From Octopus bimaculoides (lineage: Eukaryota), in NCBI RefSeq assembly GCF_001194135.2, contig NC_068989.1, forward strand, positions 41,006,367 through 41,039,737: a DNA stretch of 33,371 nucleotides, given 5' to 3'. The translations under genes and the position numbers were made by a program. How positions within the stretch are numbered: the first letter of the stretch is position 1; each line of letters opens with the position of its first letter. Shown one piece after another: positions 1 to 11,146 of this stretch. Under the pieces are notes generated by a model. The model made no database searches. It was not told the DNA's origin and worked only from the letters and a program-made list of their open reading frames with translations.

Positions 1-140
1 TATATTAGTTGAAATTTACAGAAAAACAAAAGACGGAGACAGATGTATGAACAACAAGCAGGTGTATGAGGTTGACGCTCGGGAAAGTGAGAATGTCTTT
101 TACGTTCTGAGCTTACGCTTTTCAACAGAAAGGAATTAGA
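1..140 (-). mobile_element. Probable Penelope-like element terminal (pLTR) remnant containing a degenerate minimal hammerhead-like motif
   Basis: Minus strand reads TCCTTT-CTGTTGA-AAAGCGTAAGCTC-AGAAC-GTA-AAAG. This follows the order stem I / CUGANGA / stem II / GAAAC / NUH / stem I of Penelope-associated minimal hammerheads but has core mismatches. Family assignment is from recall. Confidence 0.35.
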
Positions 141-670
141 GAAAAAAGCGGAGAGAGAATTAAAAAAACTTTTAGATTTAGCTATCAATCATGGTTAAAT
201 ATATGTGTGTGTTTGTGTGTACATTTATATATATATATACGTTGATGAATAATCATCAAGTATACATTTGCGAGAAAACGGCGCTTTTAGAATAACGTCC
301 TACAAGACCATAGTATAACTATTAAAATTTTACGAATGATTGGTGAGTGAATGCATCGTAGTGTGTAGTCCTTTTTTTTATTCGCTCTTTCTTCTTTTTC
401 TTGCTTCTCTTTTTTAAGAAGAAAAATGTCCTATTTTCCATTTACTTTTATACAAGACTTCACAGTCCCCTGGCTCTGCTGTCTTCAATTATAACAGGGA
501 AAACAGGAAATAAAAAATGTTAATTAAAAAAGAAAAAGAAATAAAGTCCTCTGCAATATTTTTTTGTGAGCCGAGTTACAGATTCTCGCTTGCAGAAATT
601 CCATAAACCAATGGTTGCATCGTTGGAAACAAGTAACCAATGACTCCATTGTATTACAGGCTGCAATATT

Positions 671-1320
671 CTTTTCTACTCTAGGTACAAAACCTGAAAT
701 TTTGGAGGAGGGGGGGTCAATCGATTAGATCGACACCAGTGTTAAGCTGGTACTTAATTTATCGACCCGAAAGGATGAAAGGCAAAGTCGACCTAGGCGG
801 AGTTTTAACTCAGAACATAAAGGCAGACGAAATACTGCTGAGCATTTCGCCCGGCGTGCCAACGATTCTGCCAGCTCGCCGCCTTAAAAATTCTTTTCTA
901 CTCTAGGCACATGGCCCGAAATTTTGGGGGAGGGGCCAGTCGATTAGATCGACTCCAGTACGCAACTGGTACTTAATTTATCGACCTCGAAAGAATGAAA
1001 GGCAAAGTCGATCTCGACTGAATTTCAGCTCAGAACGTAAAGACGGACGAAATATCGCTAAGCATTTCGCCCGGCGTTCTAACGTTTATTATTCCTTTAT
1101 TGCCCACAAGGGGCTAAACACAGAGGCGGCATACAAGTACAGACAAAGAGATTAAGTCGATTACATCGACGCCAGTGCGTAACTAGTACTTAATTTATCG
1201 ACCCTGAAAGGATGAAAGGCAAAGTCGACCTCGGCGGAATTTGAACTCAGAACGTAACAGCAGGCGAAATATCGCTAAGCATTTAGCCCGGCGTGCTAAC
1301 GTTTCTGGCAGCTCACCGCC
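671..1320 (-). mobile_element. Three head-to-tail SINE-A copies (about 671-885, 887-1086, 1087-1320) inside one 17-bp TSD
   Basis: Each copy has a tRNA-like head (A box TGGCAGAATCG, B box GAGTTCAAATTCC) and the central CCTTTCATCCTTTCGGGGTCGATAAATTAAGTACCAG block. TTACAGGCTGCAATATT is present at 654-670 and 1321-1337. Confidence 0.9.
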
Positions 1321-1397
1321 TTACAGGCTGCAATATTACATTGTAAAAGATAGCCATAAAGTAACAGAAACATTAACACGCAGGGCACAATACATTA

Positions 1398-1548
1398 CGA
1401 TCTGAGTTCAAATTCTGCCGTGGTTGGCTTGCTTTTCATCCTTTCGGGGTCGACAAAATAAGTACCAGCTGAGCACTGGAGTCGATGTAATCGACTTACC
1501 CCTACCCCGAAATTGCTGACCTTGTGCCGAAATTTGAAAATAATTTCA
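1398..1548 (+). mobile_element. SINE-A copy, 5' truncated
   Basis: GAGTTCAAATTCTGCC...TTTCATCCTTTCGGGGTCGACAAAATAAGTACCAG...CTTGTGCCGAAATTTGAAA matches the other copies in the window. Confidence 0.85.
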
Positions 1549-2734
1549 AATTGTAAAAAGAAAAAAATAACTGTTAGAATGTCGTATAAGCAAAAAGTGG
1601 CAGCTAAAGCTTCTTGGCTTGTCGTTGTCTATATTTACTGAACGAATGCATAGCGGCTCAAGCTGCCAACTGGCAAACAGATATTTTGTATTTCTTTGCT
1701 GTCTTCATGGTTAACAGTCTGAAAGACTTCCATTTAAACTCACTTATCTAGAACGGTGCATTGTAGATAAGCAAAAAACACGCTGTAAATAGTTGAGTCA
1801 CAGTAATTATCTAATTCGTGAGTTTTTCATTAATTTACATTGCTGATTTGGATACATTCCGTCTCCTTGGTTCATAATACATACTATAAGACTGTATTCC
1901 TAATTCAATTCATTCTCCTCAACAAAGACAAAAAGGCCTAGGGGTTGAATAGGTATCACAGCCTTAGACAGACAGCGTTGAGTAATGGTTAACATAATAT
2001 TTGAAGGTAAAAATAAGGGGAATGTGACTACACCTAACCACCACCGTCAATTAGTAAAGGTTCGACCTTCGAATTAAATATTTATGTCAATAGAGTATGA
2101 AACAACTGAGAGGTGGATGGTATGTACTCTTATCTCATCGCAGACTGTCTCCAAGCCGTTCTGCTCCCAGATACATATTCTACTTAATTCCAAGTAAATA
2201 CAACTAGTTTATGTTACGCCATTATAAGCAGCAAGAGCATTGCAAACTGGTGGGAATTGTAGTAACTAACGATTCAAAGTTTAACCCGCTATCTTTGTCC
2301 CTCAGAAAAGAAAACTCTCTTTTTAAAGAAAATAAATTTTGGACGAAGTACCAACGCTGATGACGTATTCGCTGAGAGACAAAGCGAGGTAACAAATATT
2401 GTCATTGCAGTTCGTAGAACAGTGTTCGAATGAATATACTGGAATAAAATATAATGGAAATCATTGTGAACAAACAAAACAAGAAATAAAAATAATTGCA
2501 CGACTTATACAGCATGACAGATTTTTTTAATGGCTCAGGGAGAGGAGTGGGGAAGCAATATTGACCATTTTGTTATCTCTGAGACTGGTGAGAGAAAGAC
2601 AAAAGTTTCTCTCAGATCGAGGATTAACTCTAATATCTGTAACAGAATGGGTTTTGCCAAAAACAGCCGAGTAGAAGTGCTGAACTGTGAGTCCTTATTC
2701 TTACTTCTACGAACAAGTATGGTCTTCCAGGCAG

Positions 2735-2885
2735 ACACCCACAGTTTCTATCAGGCAAATATCAATCATATACCTTTAACCGATCCACGGCCATCATAGA
2801 AAACATATCCCTAAGTACCCAAGAGGTCGCACAATGGAATTGAATCTAAAACTAAGTGCTTGCGAAGCAATCACATAACCATTCC
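2735..2885 (-). mobile_element. Degenerate SINE-C 5' (tRNA-like head) fragment
   Basis: Loose similarity to the better-preserved head at 19085-19235 (...CAATGGAATTGAATC...GCTTGCGAAGC...). Confidence 0.4.
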
Positions 2886-2898
2886 TGCGCTCGGTTTT

Positions 2899-3110
2899 AG
2901 TATGATTTTTAATGTGAAATAGATGCAAGAGAAATATCTTAGGCAAAACATGAAGAAGTACTAAGTATTCGTTGACCTGACGAAAACTTTGGATGCAGTA
3001 AACTGAGAAGTTCTATGGGTCATCTTTTAGAATCTGGAATCTTCATCTAAGTTTACAAACTTCATTCACCTCTTCCTCGATGACATAACCGGAGAAATGC
3101 TCGTAATCAA
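2899..3110 (+). pseudogene. RTE-clade LINE reverse transcriptase fragment
   Basis: Manual translation gives MIFNVK*MQEKYLRQNMKKY*VFVDLTKTLDAVN*EVLWVIF*NLESSSKFTNFIHLFLDDITG. This matches the RTE RT pattern DMIFxxRQLQEKxxEQ...FVDLTKAFDTVNRxxLW...LFHDDM, with multiple stops. Confidence 0.8.
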
Positions 3111-3989
3111 AACCATAGATTTAGCAGAAAAATGATATTGAAACTGAACCGCCCCCACAGCTTGACTAGAACATATTTTATCATCATTGAACGTATGAAC
3201 ACTTGATGTTGACTGGGGATATAAAGAGTTGTTACTCGCTGCCACAATAAATTTAATCCAGTCTTTTATCTCTCTTGAATAGATATAAAGTTAGAGATAA
3301 AGCGACCACTATTTGTTGGTGAGTAACTCTATAAAAAGGATGTTAAAAGCTTTACGAATAATTTAGAAGATAATAAAGTCATATTTTGTTGCTGGAAAAC
3401 AGAGTTACAGCATTCAGTGGCTAGGGTGTTCGGTTTATGATCATAAAGTCGGGAGATTATCTCCAGACCGGAGGCGGCGCTTTGTCTTTAAATAAAGACA
3501 CCTCATTTCACGTTTCTTCAGTCTACTCAACTATAATCAATACCAGTTGGGTTCTGATGCAGCCCTCTCTCCCTCTAGCTGTTCTGCTTAGTCTCCCTGC
3601 CAGCTTTCTTATCCTTGACTATGTTCTATCTTCCGACAACATAGACACTCAAAATGATTATCGAAGGTATAATACCTTGCGAAGCCATATTTGCTAATGA
3701 TAGATAGCTGTACTTTTCCCACCATTCATGAAAACGAAATTCTGATGCTTAATTCTTTTCTCAACGTTGAGATTCAATTTAATGCTTCCCAGAAAACCTG
3801 GTACTTTTTTCTTAGTTGGTACTATGTAGACTAATTCTATTATACTGTTTCAAACTGAAAAGATTTTCAATAAAATTTAAGTATTCATGGACCAATGCTC
3901 AATTTCAGTTTGTGTAATGTTTTTTTTTTTTTTCGGTTTGATTTGGAGAATAAGATTGTACCCACAATATTCGGTGGCACCTTGAGACC

Positions 3990-4200
3990 CACTCACTCCC
4001 CAAGACAATCCAAAATCAGAGAGGTTGACAGGATTAATGTTTCTCTTGAACAGTTGTAAGTTGATAGTAACAGGAAGGAGCAAGGATAAAATCCCAGGGC
4101 ACCGACATTCTGATAGAGTGCTGTTTGGGGGACAAAACAAAACCGTAGAACACACCAGAGTTGATAGTGTTCTACATGACAAGCTACCAATTCAACAGAT
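3990..4200 (-). mobile_element. Possible CR1/L2-type LINE 3' end remnant
   Basis: Minus strand encodes ...NLQLFKRNINPVNL, resembling the LWNxLP...FPxxYNLxxFKRNIN C-terminus of CR1/L2 ORF2. Heavily frameshifted. Confidence 0.4.
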
Positions 4201-4829
4201 GAAATAACCCATAGGATATAAACGAATATAACCCATAGGCGGACAGTTTTACAAGAAAATTCATGTGCCGGATACGATCGAATGCGTTACTGATGTCAAG
4301 TGCAACAGCACTAAAATTCTCTTGAGCGATAGCCTACTAGTGAATATCACACAAGAGTAGGCGTCTAGTAGATCCACTACTGTAATGTAAGCCATTGGAT
4401 GAAGTGGAAATCTCCTAGGATAGGATGCCAAACCACCACTGGTAACTTTACTAGACGTTAAGGTGCTTCATTTTCCTCTCGACACCTGGTAAACCAACAA
4501 ATTTAATCTTTTGTTTTCCGTCCGCCACCACTATAGGCATAGCTGTGATTGAGTACTTAAACTGTTTGCTTCGCAAGTGCATGCCTAGGGGTTCGACCCT
4601 ATTGCCCGACGTGTCAATGCTTTATGCGTGTTATTTATTAGACCGAAACATCTGTGTGAGATTCTGTTTGGAGAATGGCTCTTATACTTGGATGGTAGAC
4701 TCAATACGTCGTCCATCACCTCTGATGCTTTTAGTAAACCAAGTGGAGGCAAGCCACGAAAGCCATGGAAAAGACCATGAACACTTTCCTTCCGTCTCCT
4801 ATATTTTTACTTGCTGAGGCCAAAGGGAC

Positions 4830-5215
4830 ATACTTCCTCTGAGACCGGAGAACTTGATGTTGTTATGTTCTGTTTAAACTGTTGTACGGCACCACTAGCA
4901 GCAAAGACTCGAGTTGAGAGAATATTCCAGAGGACAGATATTCTATGGGGAGTGGATATTTTGGAAAAAGCTGGATTGCATGTTATAAGGGTGATGGGAG
5001 GTGGAAAGACGAGTGGGCCGGAGAAGCCTTAGTGGTGAAATTACGAGGCCGTGGTACAAGATGTCAGTGTGGATAACAGCAACACCGTCCTAGATGTGGG
5101 CATAATCTCCCATTGTGGGCATCACTTGAGCCTTGTAAAGTGTTCAGCAGCTGTGATTAGTTGAAATATCTTCTGGCCCTAATGAAGAAATTGAAGACTA
5201 CACAGCATAGGAAGC
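4830..5215 (-). pseudogene. CR1/L2-type LINE ORF2 C-terminal fragment
   Basis: Minus strand gives LYKAQVMPTMGDYAHI*DGVAVIHTDIL (CR1/L2 pattern LYKxxxRPxxEYxxxxW). Further downstream are SFF..(R)TSVLWNILSTRVF-like residues. Confidence 0.7.
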
Positions 5216-5682
5216 CCTAAAAATAAAACAAGGTGGCCACGTTTGGAACACCAGTGATTATTAGCTTGCTCACACGGGAGCGGTTTGTGATCTAAACAAC
5301 AAGGCACTAAGACATATAGTGGTAGTAAAAGACGTAGATTTCCTAGAGACATAAAAAGATTGCAAGAGAATTAAACCTCTGACCCATATACTATTAGGCA
5401 AATAGTATAACTTGCCAGTTTTGTCAGTAACAACAGTGGATACTGTGATATCCTGAACTGCACAGAGAGGCGTGCTACAGATTCGAGCTCACGACTAGTG
5501 ATGTCATGATAAACTTCGCTCATCTTGCTACTTTGCTATATTGAAAGAAATGAGTAGGATTCAAATATTTGCTGGTTGCAACGGTCGAGTTTATTCGCTT
5601 ATATAAAATGTGAATGACAATATCAGCTAAACGTTGTAAGTATTCTTCTTTTGTATAGATAGCTTCAAAAGTAGTGTATATA

Positions 5683-5724
5683 TTATATATATACGTGCGT
5701 GTGTAGACAAATATATATATTTGC

Positions 5725-5773
<49 letters not shown>

Positions 5774-5837
5774 TCTGCTTGATGTATATATATTGTATGT
5801 ATATATGTGTGTATGTATGTATAGATAGATAGATAGA
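5683..5837. repeat. Compound (TA)n/(CA)n/(TATG)n/(TAGA)n microsatellite
   Basis: Directly visible simple repeats. Confidence 0.95.
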
Positions 5838-6388
5838 GGTTGAATTTATTTTGCAATTTAAATGCTAGTAATAATATAAAAAGTATTCTGTAGAGATTTA
5901 AAACGTTGGAAAACAAAAAATTTATTTGACGTCAAATAACAAACAATAAAGTTTCCATTCATTGTTTCATTGGTTGAATGAAGTTTAATGAAACCTATCA
6001 AAGCACAAACTTCATAAGTCGAAGAGATATTTGTTTGAATGACAAAAATCAAACATAACTAAGAAAACCATTACCAACTCAATAGTTAACAGAACTAACA
6101 AAAATAATAAGGATAATATAAAACACGAACGTCTTTCTCTCTGTGGTATTTTCTAAACAGCTGATGGCTTTTTTCATGAATTTCTCTTGAAATTTCTTAA
6201 TAAAACGACTATTCCCTGTGTATCATTTCAGTGAGTTCAGAATTTGATTTAGAGTTTGCAACAAATTTTGTATTCAAAAATATCTTTCATGTAAGTGTAT
6301 CAATAACTTATTGTTTTGGTAGATATATTTTGTTCTATAGTTTGCCAATGATGTGTTAATATAGTCTTTTAATATTTAGAAGTAAACT

Positions 6389-6559
6389 CTTGGCAGCATT
6401 TCGTCCGCCTTTACGTTCCGAGTTCAAATTTCGCTGAGGTCGACTGTGCCTTTCATCCTTTCGGGGTTGATAAAATAAGTACCAGTTAATTACTGGTGTC
6501 GATGTAATCCTCTTACCCATCTCTCCGAAACTGCTGGCCTTGATCCAACATCTGAAATC
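6389..6559 (+). mobile_element. SINE-A copy, 5' truncated, with 18-bp TSD
   Basis: SINE-A core. AATATTTAGAAGTAAACT at 6371-6388 and AATATTTAAAAGTAAACT at 6560-6577 (one mismatch). Confidence 0.9.
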
Positions 6560-7063
6560 AATATTTAAAAGTAAACTTTTCCCAAAAAATTTTAAGTAAT
6601 TTTGAAGTGTTAGTACTAAATAAACGGCAATCACCACATCTAAATTTTTGTTGTTTTTTGTTTATATAAATGATCAACAACTTGAATGTGTGTGTCTGAG
6701 TGCGTGCGCACTAGTATCGAACAGTAAAATTGAATGCTCGATACCGCATTGATGGCTACATGCTGACAAAATAGTCTATCCATTCTCTGTCATTTGACAA
6801 TGAGGATTGAATTCTTCGATCAAATGAATTACCTGTTCCTGAATTAATATGCAAGTGGGATTGAATTCGGAATCTCGTAGTCACAAAATGAACTTCTTAA
6901 AAATTCGGCCTCAGTGCGCGCTACCTATCCATTGTGTGTGTCTGAACGCATGTAACTTCTGAACAAAGATGTGCACTGTTTGCTACGTTATCCTCACCGC
7001 ATGCTACCACATTTGTTGATCATAAGATTGCATTGAGTGGACATATCTAGCCTTTTCTGCAAG

Positions 7064-8065
7064 ATGACGTATTCTATAGCGGAAAGAGTGGAGATAGTGA
7101 AAGCGTATGTGAAAACGGGTTCTGCTAAGCAAATGCGTGAAATTTTTGAAGTCAAGTTTCTGGACAAAGGCTTACTGGCAAAGAGAACGATGTAAGTGTT
7201 GGTTAAAAAGTGACGCTCTACAGGGTCAGTGCACAACGCCTCAAAACCAAGAGATCCTATAGTTCGAACGCTGGAAGTTACTCAAAACATTCGCCAAAGG
7301 ATTACTCGAAGTCCAAAGACAACACGCAAACTGGCGCAGCAGTCTCACATAAGCATGAGGTCAGGTCAACGGGTGTTGAAACGTCTGAAGTTGAATCTAT
7401 ATCATTCCACATATGTACAGCAATTAAAAGTGAATGACAAGAACAAACGAGTTAATTTTACACATAGCTTCTGAATAGCATTGCTAATGATGAGCTACAC
7501 CTATTCCAGTACATAATCAGTGATGAATAATTTCATCTCTCCGGCCACGTAAATTCACAAAACAGACTGTACTGGGAGGTGGAGATCTTCACCTTGTATA
7601 TAAGCAGCCACTCCACAAGGTGTACTGTTTCAGGGATGTATCACTAGACCGGTATTTTTTGGCCTTACTGTCAACACGGGGGTTTACATTAACATTTTGT
7701 ATCAATGTTGTACTCAACTCGTTGAAGATGAAATACAGGTGTACTTCTTCCTGCAGAACGAGGCGACTAGCCACACCTTTCTGGTGTTCATGCAGCGAGT
7801 TCATAGGATCTTCTCTAAATAATGCACAGTTAGCAAAACTTTGCAGCCACAACGTTCTCCTGACCTTTCAACGCGTGATTATTACCACTTGAAGAGCACG
7901 GTGTACGAAAATAACCCGTACATAATACAGGAACTGGAGGACAACATCACGCTTGCGGTCGCCGCCATCGATGTCACTATTTTATGCCGATTGAACTTAA
8001 ACATGGTTAGACGTGCACAGCTGTATATTGATGCCGAAGAGAACTGTTTTCAAAATCTTCTATAA
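7064..8065 (+). pseudogene. Tc1/mariner transposase pseudogene (DUF4817-type N-terminus; WPPRSPDL-type, rosa/DD41D-like group)
   Basis: N-terminus MTYSIAERVEIVKAYVKTGSAKQMREIF..., then SDE*FHLSGHVNSQNRLYW, FLQNEATSH (degenerate FQQDGATAH) and QPQRSPDLSTRD...HLKSTVYENNP..IQELEDNI...FQNLL*. There are 39 codons between the second and third catalytic positions in this copy. Stops and frameshifts are present. The probable 3' terminus lies near 8107-8145. Confidence 0.9.
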
Positions 8066-8274
8066 TTGTGTCGTTTCAAGCACTTGTAAATTTATTTCTG
8101 TACACTATGCTACGTAATCCAGGATACTTTTTCGTGCATCATCCATTTCGTGCATCATCCTTTCAATCGCCTAATTACTTTCCACCAATTTTCAGTCATG
8201 TCCCTATTCTTGACACCATTATTAACATAATTGCCAACGTCTATCTTCACTAGTTTCCATGGATGTACCAAGTA

Positions 8275-8581
8275 TTGTTGTTGTTGTTGTTGGCACTCCG
8301 TCGCTTACGACGTCGAGGGTTCCAGTTGATCCGATCAACGGAACAACCTGCTCGTAAAATTAACGTGCAAGTGGCTGAGCACTCCACAGACACGTGTACC
8401 CTTAACATAGTTCTCGGGGATATTCAGCGTGACACAGTGTGACACGGCTGACCCTTTGAATTACAGGCACAACAGAAACAGGAAGTAAGAGTGAGAGAAA
8501 GTTGTGGTGAAAGAGTACAGCAGGGTTCGCCACCATCCCCTGCCGGAGCCTCGTAGAGCTTTAGGTGTTTTCGCTGAATAA
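8275..8581 (-). mobile_element. SINE-B copy, 5' truncated, with (CAA)n tail
   Basis: Reverse complement of 20520-20838 at high identity. (TTG)n tail at 8275-8292. Confidence 0.95.
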
Positions 8582-8619
8582 TTAGCGGTGTAATGAATTG
8601 ACAGAATAGTTTGAAAGCT

Positions 8620-9357
8620 GGCAAATGCCTTACGACATTTGTTCTGGCTCTCCAGGGTCGATCGAATAAAGTTCAAGCCAATAACTGGGCTGATTTGGTC
8701 GACTAACTTACTTCCCTCAAAATCGCTGGCTTTGTGCCTAAATTTAGTTAGAACAAAGGCAGGATCGGTAGCATGTCGGGCAAAATGCTTTGCAGTATTT
8801 CGTCCGTCTTTACGTTCTCAGTTCAAATTCCGCCGAGATCGACTATACCTGTCATCTTCTCGGTGTCGATAAAATATGTACTAGTTGATGAGTGGAGTTG
8901 ATATAATCGACTTATCCCCTCTCCCGAACTTTTCTCTTTATTTTCCTATAAAAAGCATACATAGAGGGGGACGAACAAAGACAGCACAAGTGGGGACAAA
9001 AACATAGTCGGATGAATGAAATTAAATTATATAATGATGTAAAATGGCTACCACTCGACCCCACTTCCGAGTAGTATACTTTTAAGTCAAACTTTTACTG
9101 AATAATTATCTCATAAGTTTACAGTGGTTTGAATGTTTCAAAATCCACTACAGGTGGCAAATGTTCATATTTTATTTCTATCCCTAATACGTTTATCTCG
9201 TCTCCAAAATTGGTCTTTAATTTTTTTTAATTTTTTCGAACAATTACAATGTATTCCCTACCTGGGGCTTTAATGTTCTCCTCTTCTATGGCTCTAATAA
9301 CTGTCTTCCCCTCTCCCGAACTAGCTGGGCTTGTGCCAAAATTTGAAAATCATTATT
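8620..9357 (+). mobile_element. Two tandem SINE-A copies (about 8620-8750 degenerate; about 8755-8930 continuing at 9308-9357), the second interrupted by an insertion
   Basis: SINE-A core sequence. The body stops at CCCCTCTCCCGAACT (8916-8930) and resumes after the same 15-mer at 9308-9322 with the normal tail AGCTGGGCTTGTGCCAAAATTTGAAA. Confidence 0.85.
8931..9306 (-). mobile_element. TSD-flanked retro-insertion (LINE 3' end or retrocopy fragment) inside SINE-A
   Basis: 16-bp direct repeat TCCCCTCTCCCGAACT at 8915-8930 and 9307-9322. The 3' end carries GTCCCCTCTATGTATG...AATAAAGAGAAA, similar to the LINE tail at 22230-22290. Confidence 0.75.
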
Positions 9358-9987
9358 AAGAATGGTGGAATTGTATGATGACATTTTGAGTGTGGAAACT
9401 AAATGCATCTGTGGGTCGCCTCGTTTCACCAACTACAGACTATTTTCTATAATTTATTGATACACCATCAAAATATATAACGCAAGCTATATTGCAACAA
9501 AATACAGCATTGCAACATTTAACAAAAACTCTTAGTGAAATGACAACAAATCGAAAAACAGTGATAACAAAAAAAAAACAAGACTATCACAAACAACTTG
9601 AAAATACACTTTCATATAAAATATATTGTATTTTATCCCATTGAAATACTTAATGTATTTCACTGTTTTATTCTGGCAAACTTCGTTTTGGCTATGGAAA
9701 ATAAAAGAATACAAAAGTACTTTATGCCAGGTTAAAACATTAATAAAACGAAAGCTGAGCTGGTTTTAAAAATTATGCATTGCTTGTGCATGTGTTTGTG
9801 TAAAGCACAGCTCACGGACATCATTTTGTGAACCAATGGAAAATTTCTCGTAACAGATTCAAAAGAAAAATTTGAAATTGAAGCAATTAGTCAGCTATCC
9901 TTTTAAACTACATCTACTGAAGCACACTTTTATTCTCCATAATACACATACCGACGTATATATAACACCTATACAATTCCATAATTT

Positions 9988-10078
9988 CCTTCTTTATTGC
10001 ACACAAGGGGCCAACACAGAGGAGACAACACAAACACGTGGGGACACATAACACGAAAATAAATAAAACTGAAAAAAT
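9988..10078 (-). mobile_element. 91-bp retroelement 3' tail fragment with 23-bp TSD
   Basis: ACACCTATACA(A/G)TTCCATAATTT at 9965-9987 and 10079-10101. The insert ends in ...CTCTGTGTTGGCCCCTTGTGTGCAATAAAGAAG, the same tail as SINE-A subtype copies. Confidence 0.8.
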
Positions 10079-10499
10079 ACACCTATACAGTTCCATAATT
10101 TTTCATTGGTTCCTATGCGTTGTTTGCAGTTATTTTATAGCCACGATAAAATGCGGAAACACGCATAAACTTAAATTTTTCAATAAAACAGACCATAACC
10201 ACTTTTACATTACCTCCCGTAGATAATGTGTTTAAGAGTCTGTAATACACCAGACAAACACTGCTGTCCAATATTAAGTATTCATTCACATGTTCAACAA
10301 GATATCAAGCTGACTACGTATAAGGCAAAACTTTACCCAGCAAGGGACTGTCATTTTCAATTAGACACTAATTGAAATATTCGACATATGTGTTTACAAT
10401 TTGGCTTGGGGTAGAAAATAATTATTTTAATAAATGAACCTGCTTAGGTTATAAAATAATTTATTTCACAACAGTAACTTAATAAGTTATAGCCTTCTT

Positions 10500-10640
10500 A
10501 TTGATATCAGTTGTTGGACTGCGACCATGCTGGGGCACCATCTTCGAGAGTTCTTTTAAGTAAATCATTGTCTTCAGACATACTTCAATCAGGTACATAT
10601 TTTATATGCCCAATTTGGTGACTCGCTAGACGTGTTCGAC
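10500..10640 (-). mobile_element. Degenerate SINE-C 3' fragment
   Basis: GGACTGCGACCATGCTGGGGCACC motif, similar to 25145-25262 and 32955-33065. Confidence 0.5.
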
Positions 10641-10702
10641 ATAACATCGGGTTTTAGAACAAGATATTACGTCAGTACATGTATAAATACACATCACACA
10701 CA

Positions 10703-11060
10703 CATGGGTGCTTTAAAAGTCCCTGGTTTTGGGTAAAAGAAAATAAAGGAGGATCAGTTAATGATGAATTTATTCAACATGTTTTCCTCCCGGATTCAAA
10801 CATTTATTGCAGAAGTCCTTCAGTTTTTTTAATCCCCGTAAATGAACTCGGAAAGTAATATTCTTTATCCAGCACACACACACACCTCCCATCGAATCTC
10901 TTGTTCATGCTTCTTGCAGTCTCACGAGTTCCTTCTACCATCTTCTATTCAAACGGGTACATCCTGAATAGGGCCTCCATCTCATTCATAACATTTCTAT
11001 TCAATTTTCAATCTGTAGCGTTAACCTTTCGTCATTGATAACATGATCTTTCCCTTAATT
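10703..11060 (-). mobile_element. Decayed mariner-family element, 3' end
   Basis: Terminal-like AAAAGTCCCTGGTTTTGGGTAAAAG followed by TTTATTCAACAT...TTATTGCAG, the reverse complement of a typical mariner C-terminus (RWxKCxxxxGxYVE). No intact ORF. Confidence 0.55.
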
Positions 11061-11146
11061 CATAATTTTGTACGTAAGTTTATATATTTATACTACACAA
11101 CTTCATATATATATACTACTGTTCCCTTTGCATTATACTTCCAGTT

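Noticed and set aside
97-115. TTTACGTTCTGAG shared between the first repeat and the SINE-A head
   Set aside because: It is a short match in AT-rich sequence with unrelated flanks and is probably coincidental.
2240-2800. Short open frames (TIQSLTRYLCPSEKK...; MAQGEEWGSN...)
   Set aside because: They are under 90 codons with no recognisable motif, and the 3' part overlaps a SINE relic. This is within chance expectation.
5400-5560. Minus-strand exon-like frame QSSKMSEVYHDITSRELESVARLSVQ after a plausible acceptor
   Set aside because: No convincing donor and no recognisable homology, so there is not enough support.
8424-8676. Recurrent ORFs ending LLYSFTTTFSHSYFLFLLCL (also 11068-11355 and 20459-20659)
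   Set aside because: These are incidental frames through SINE-B copies, not genes.
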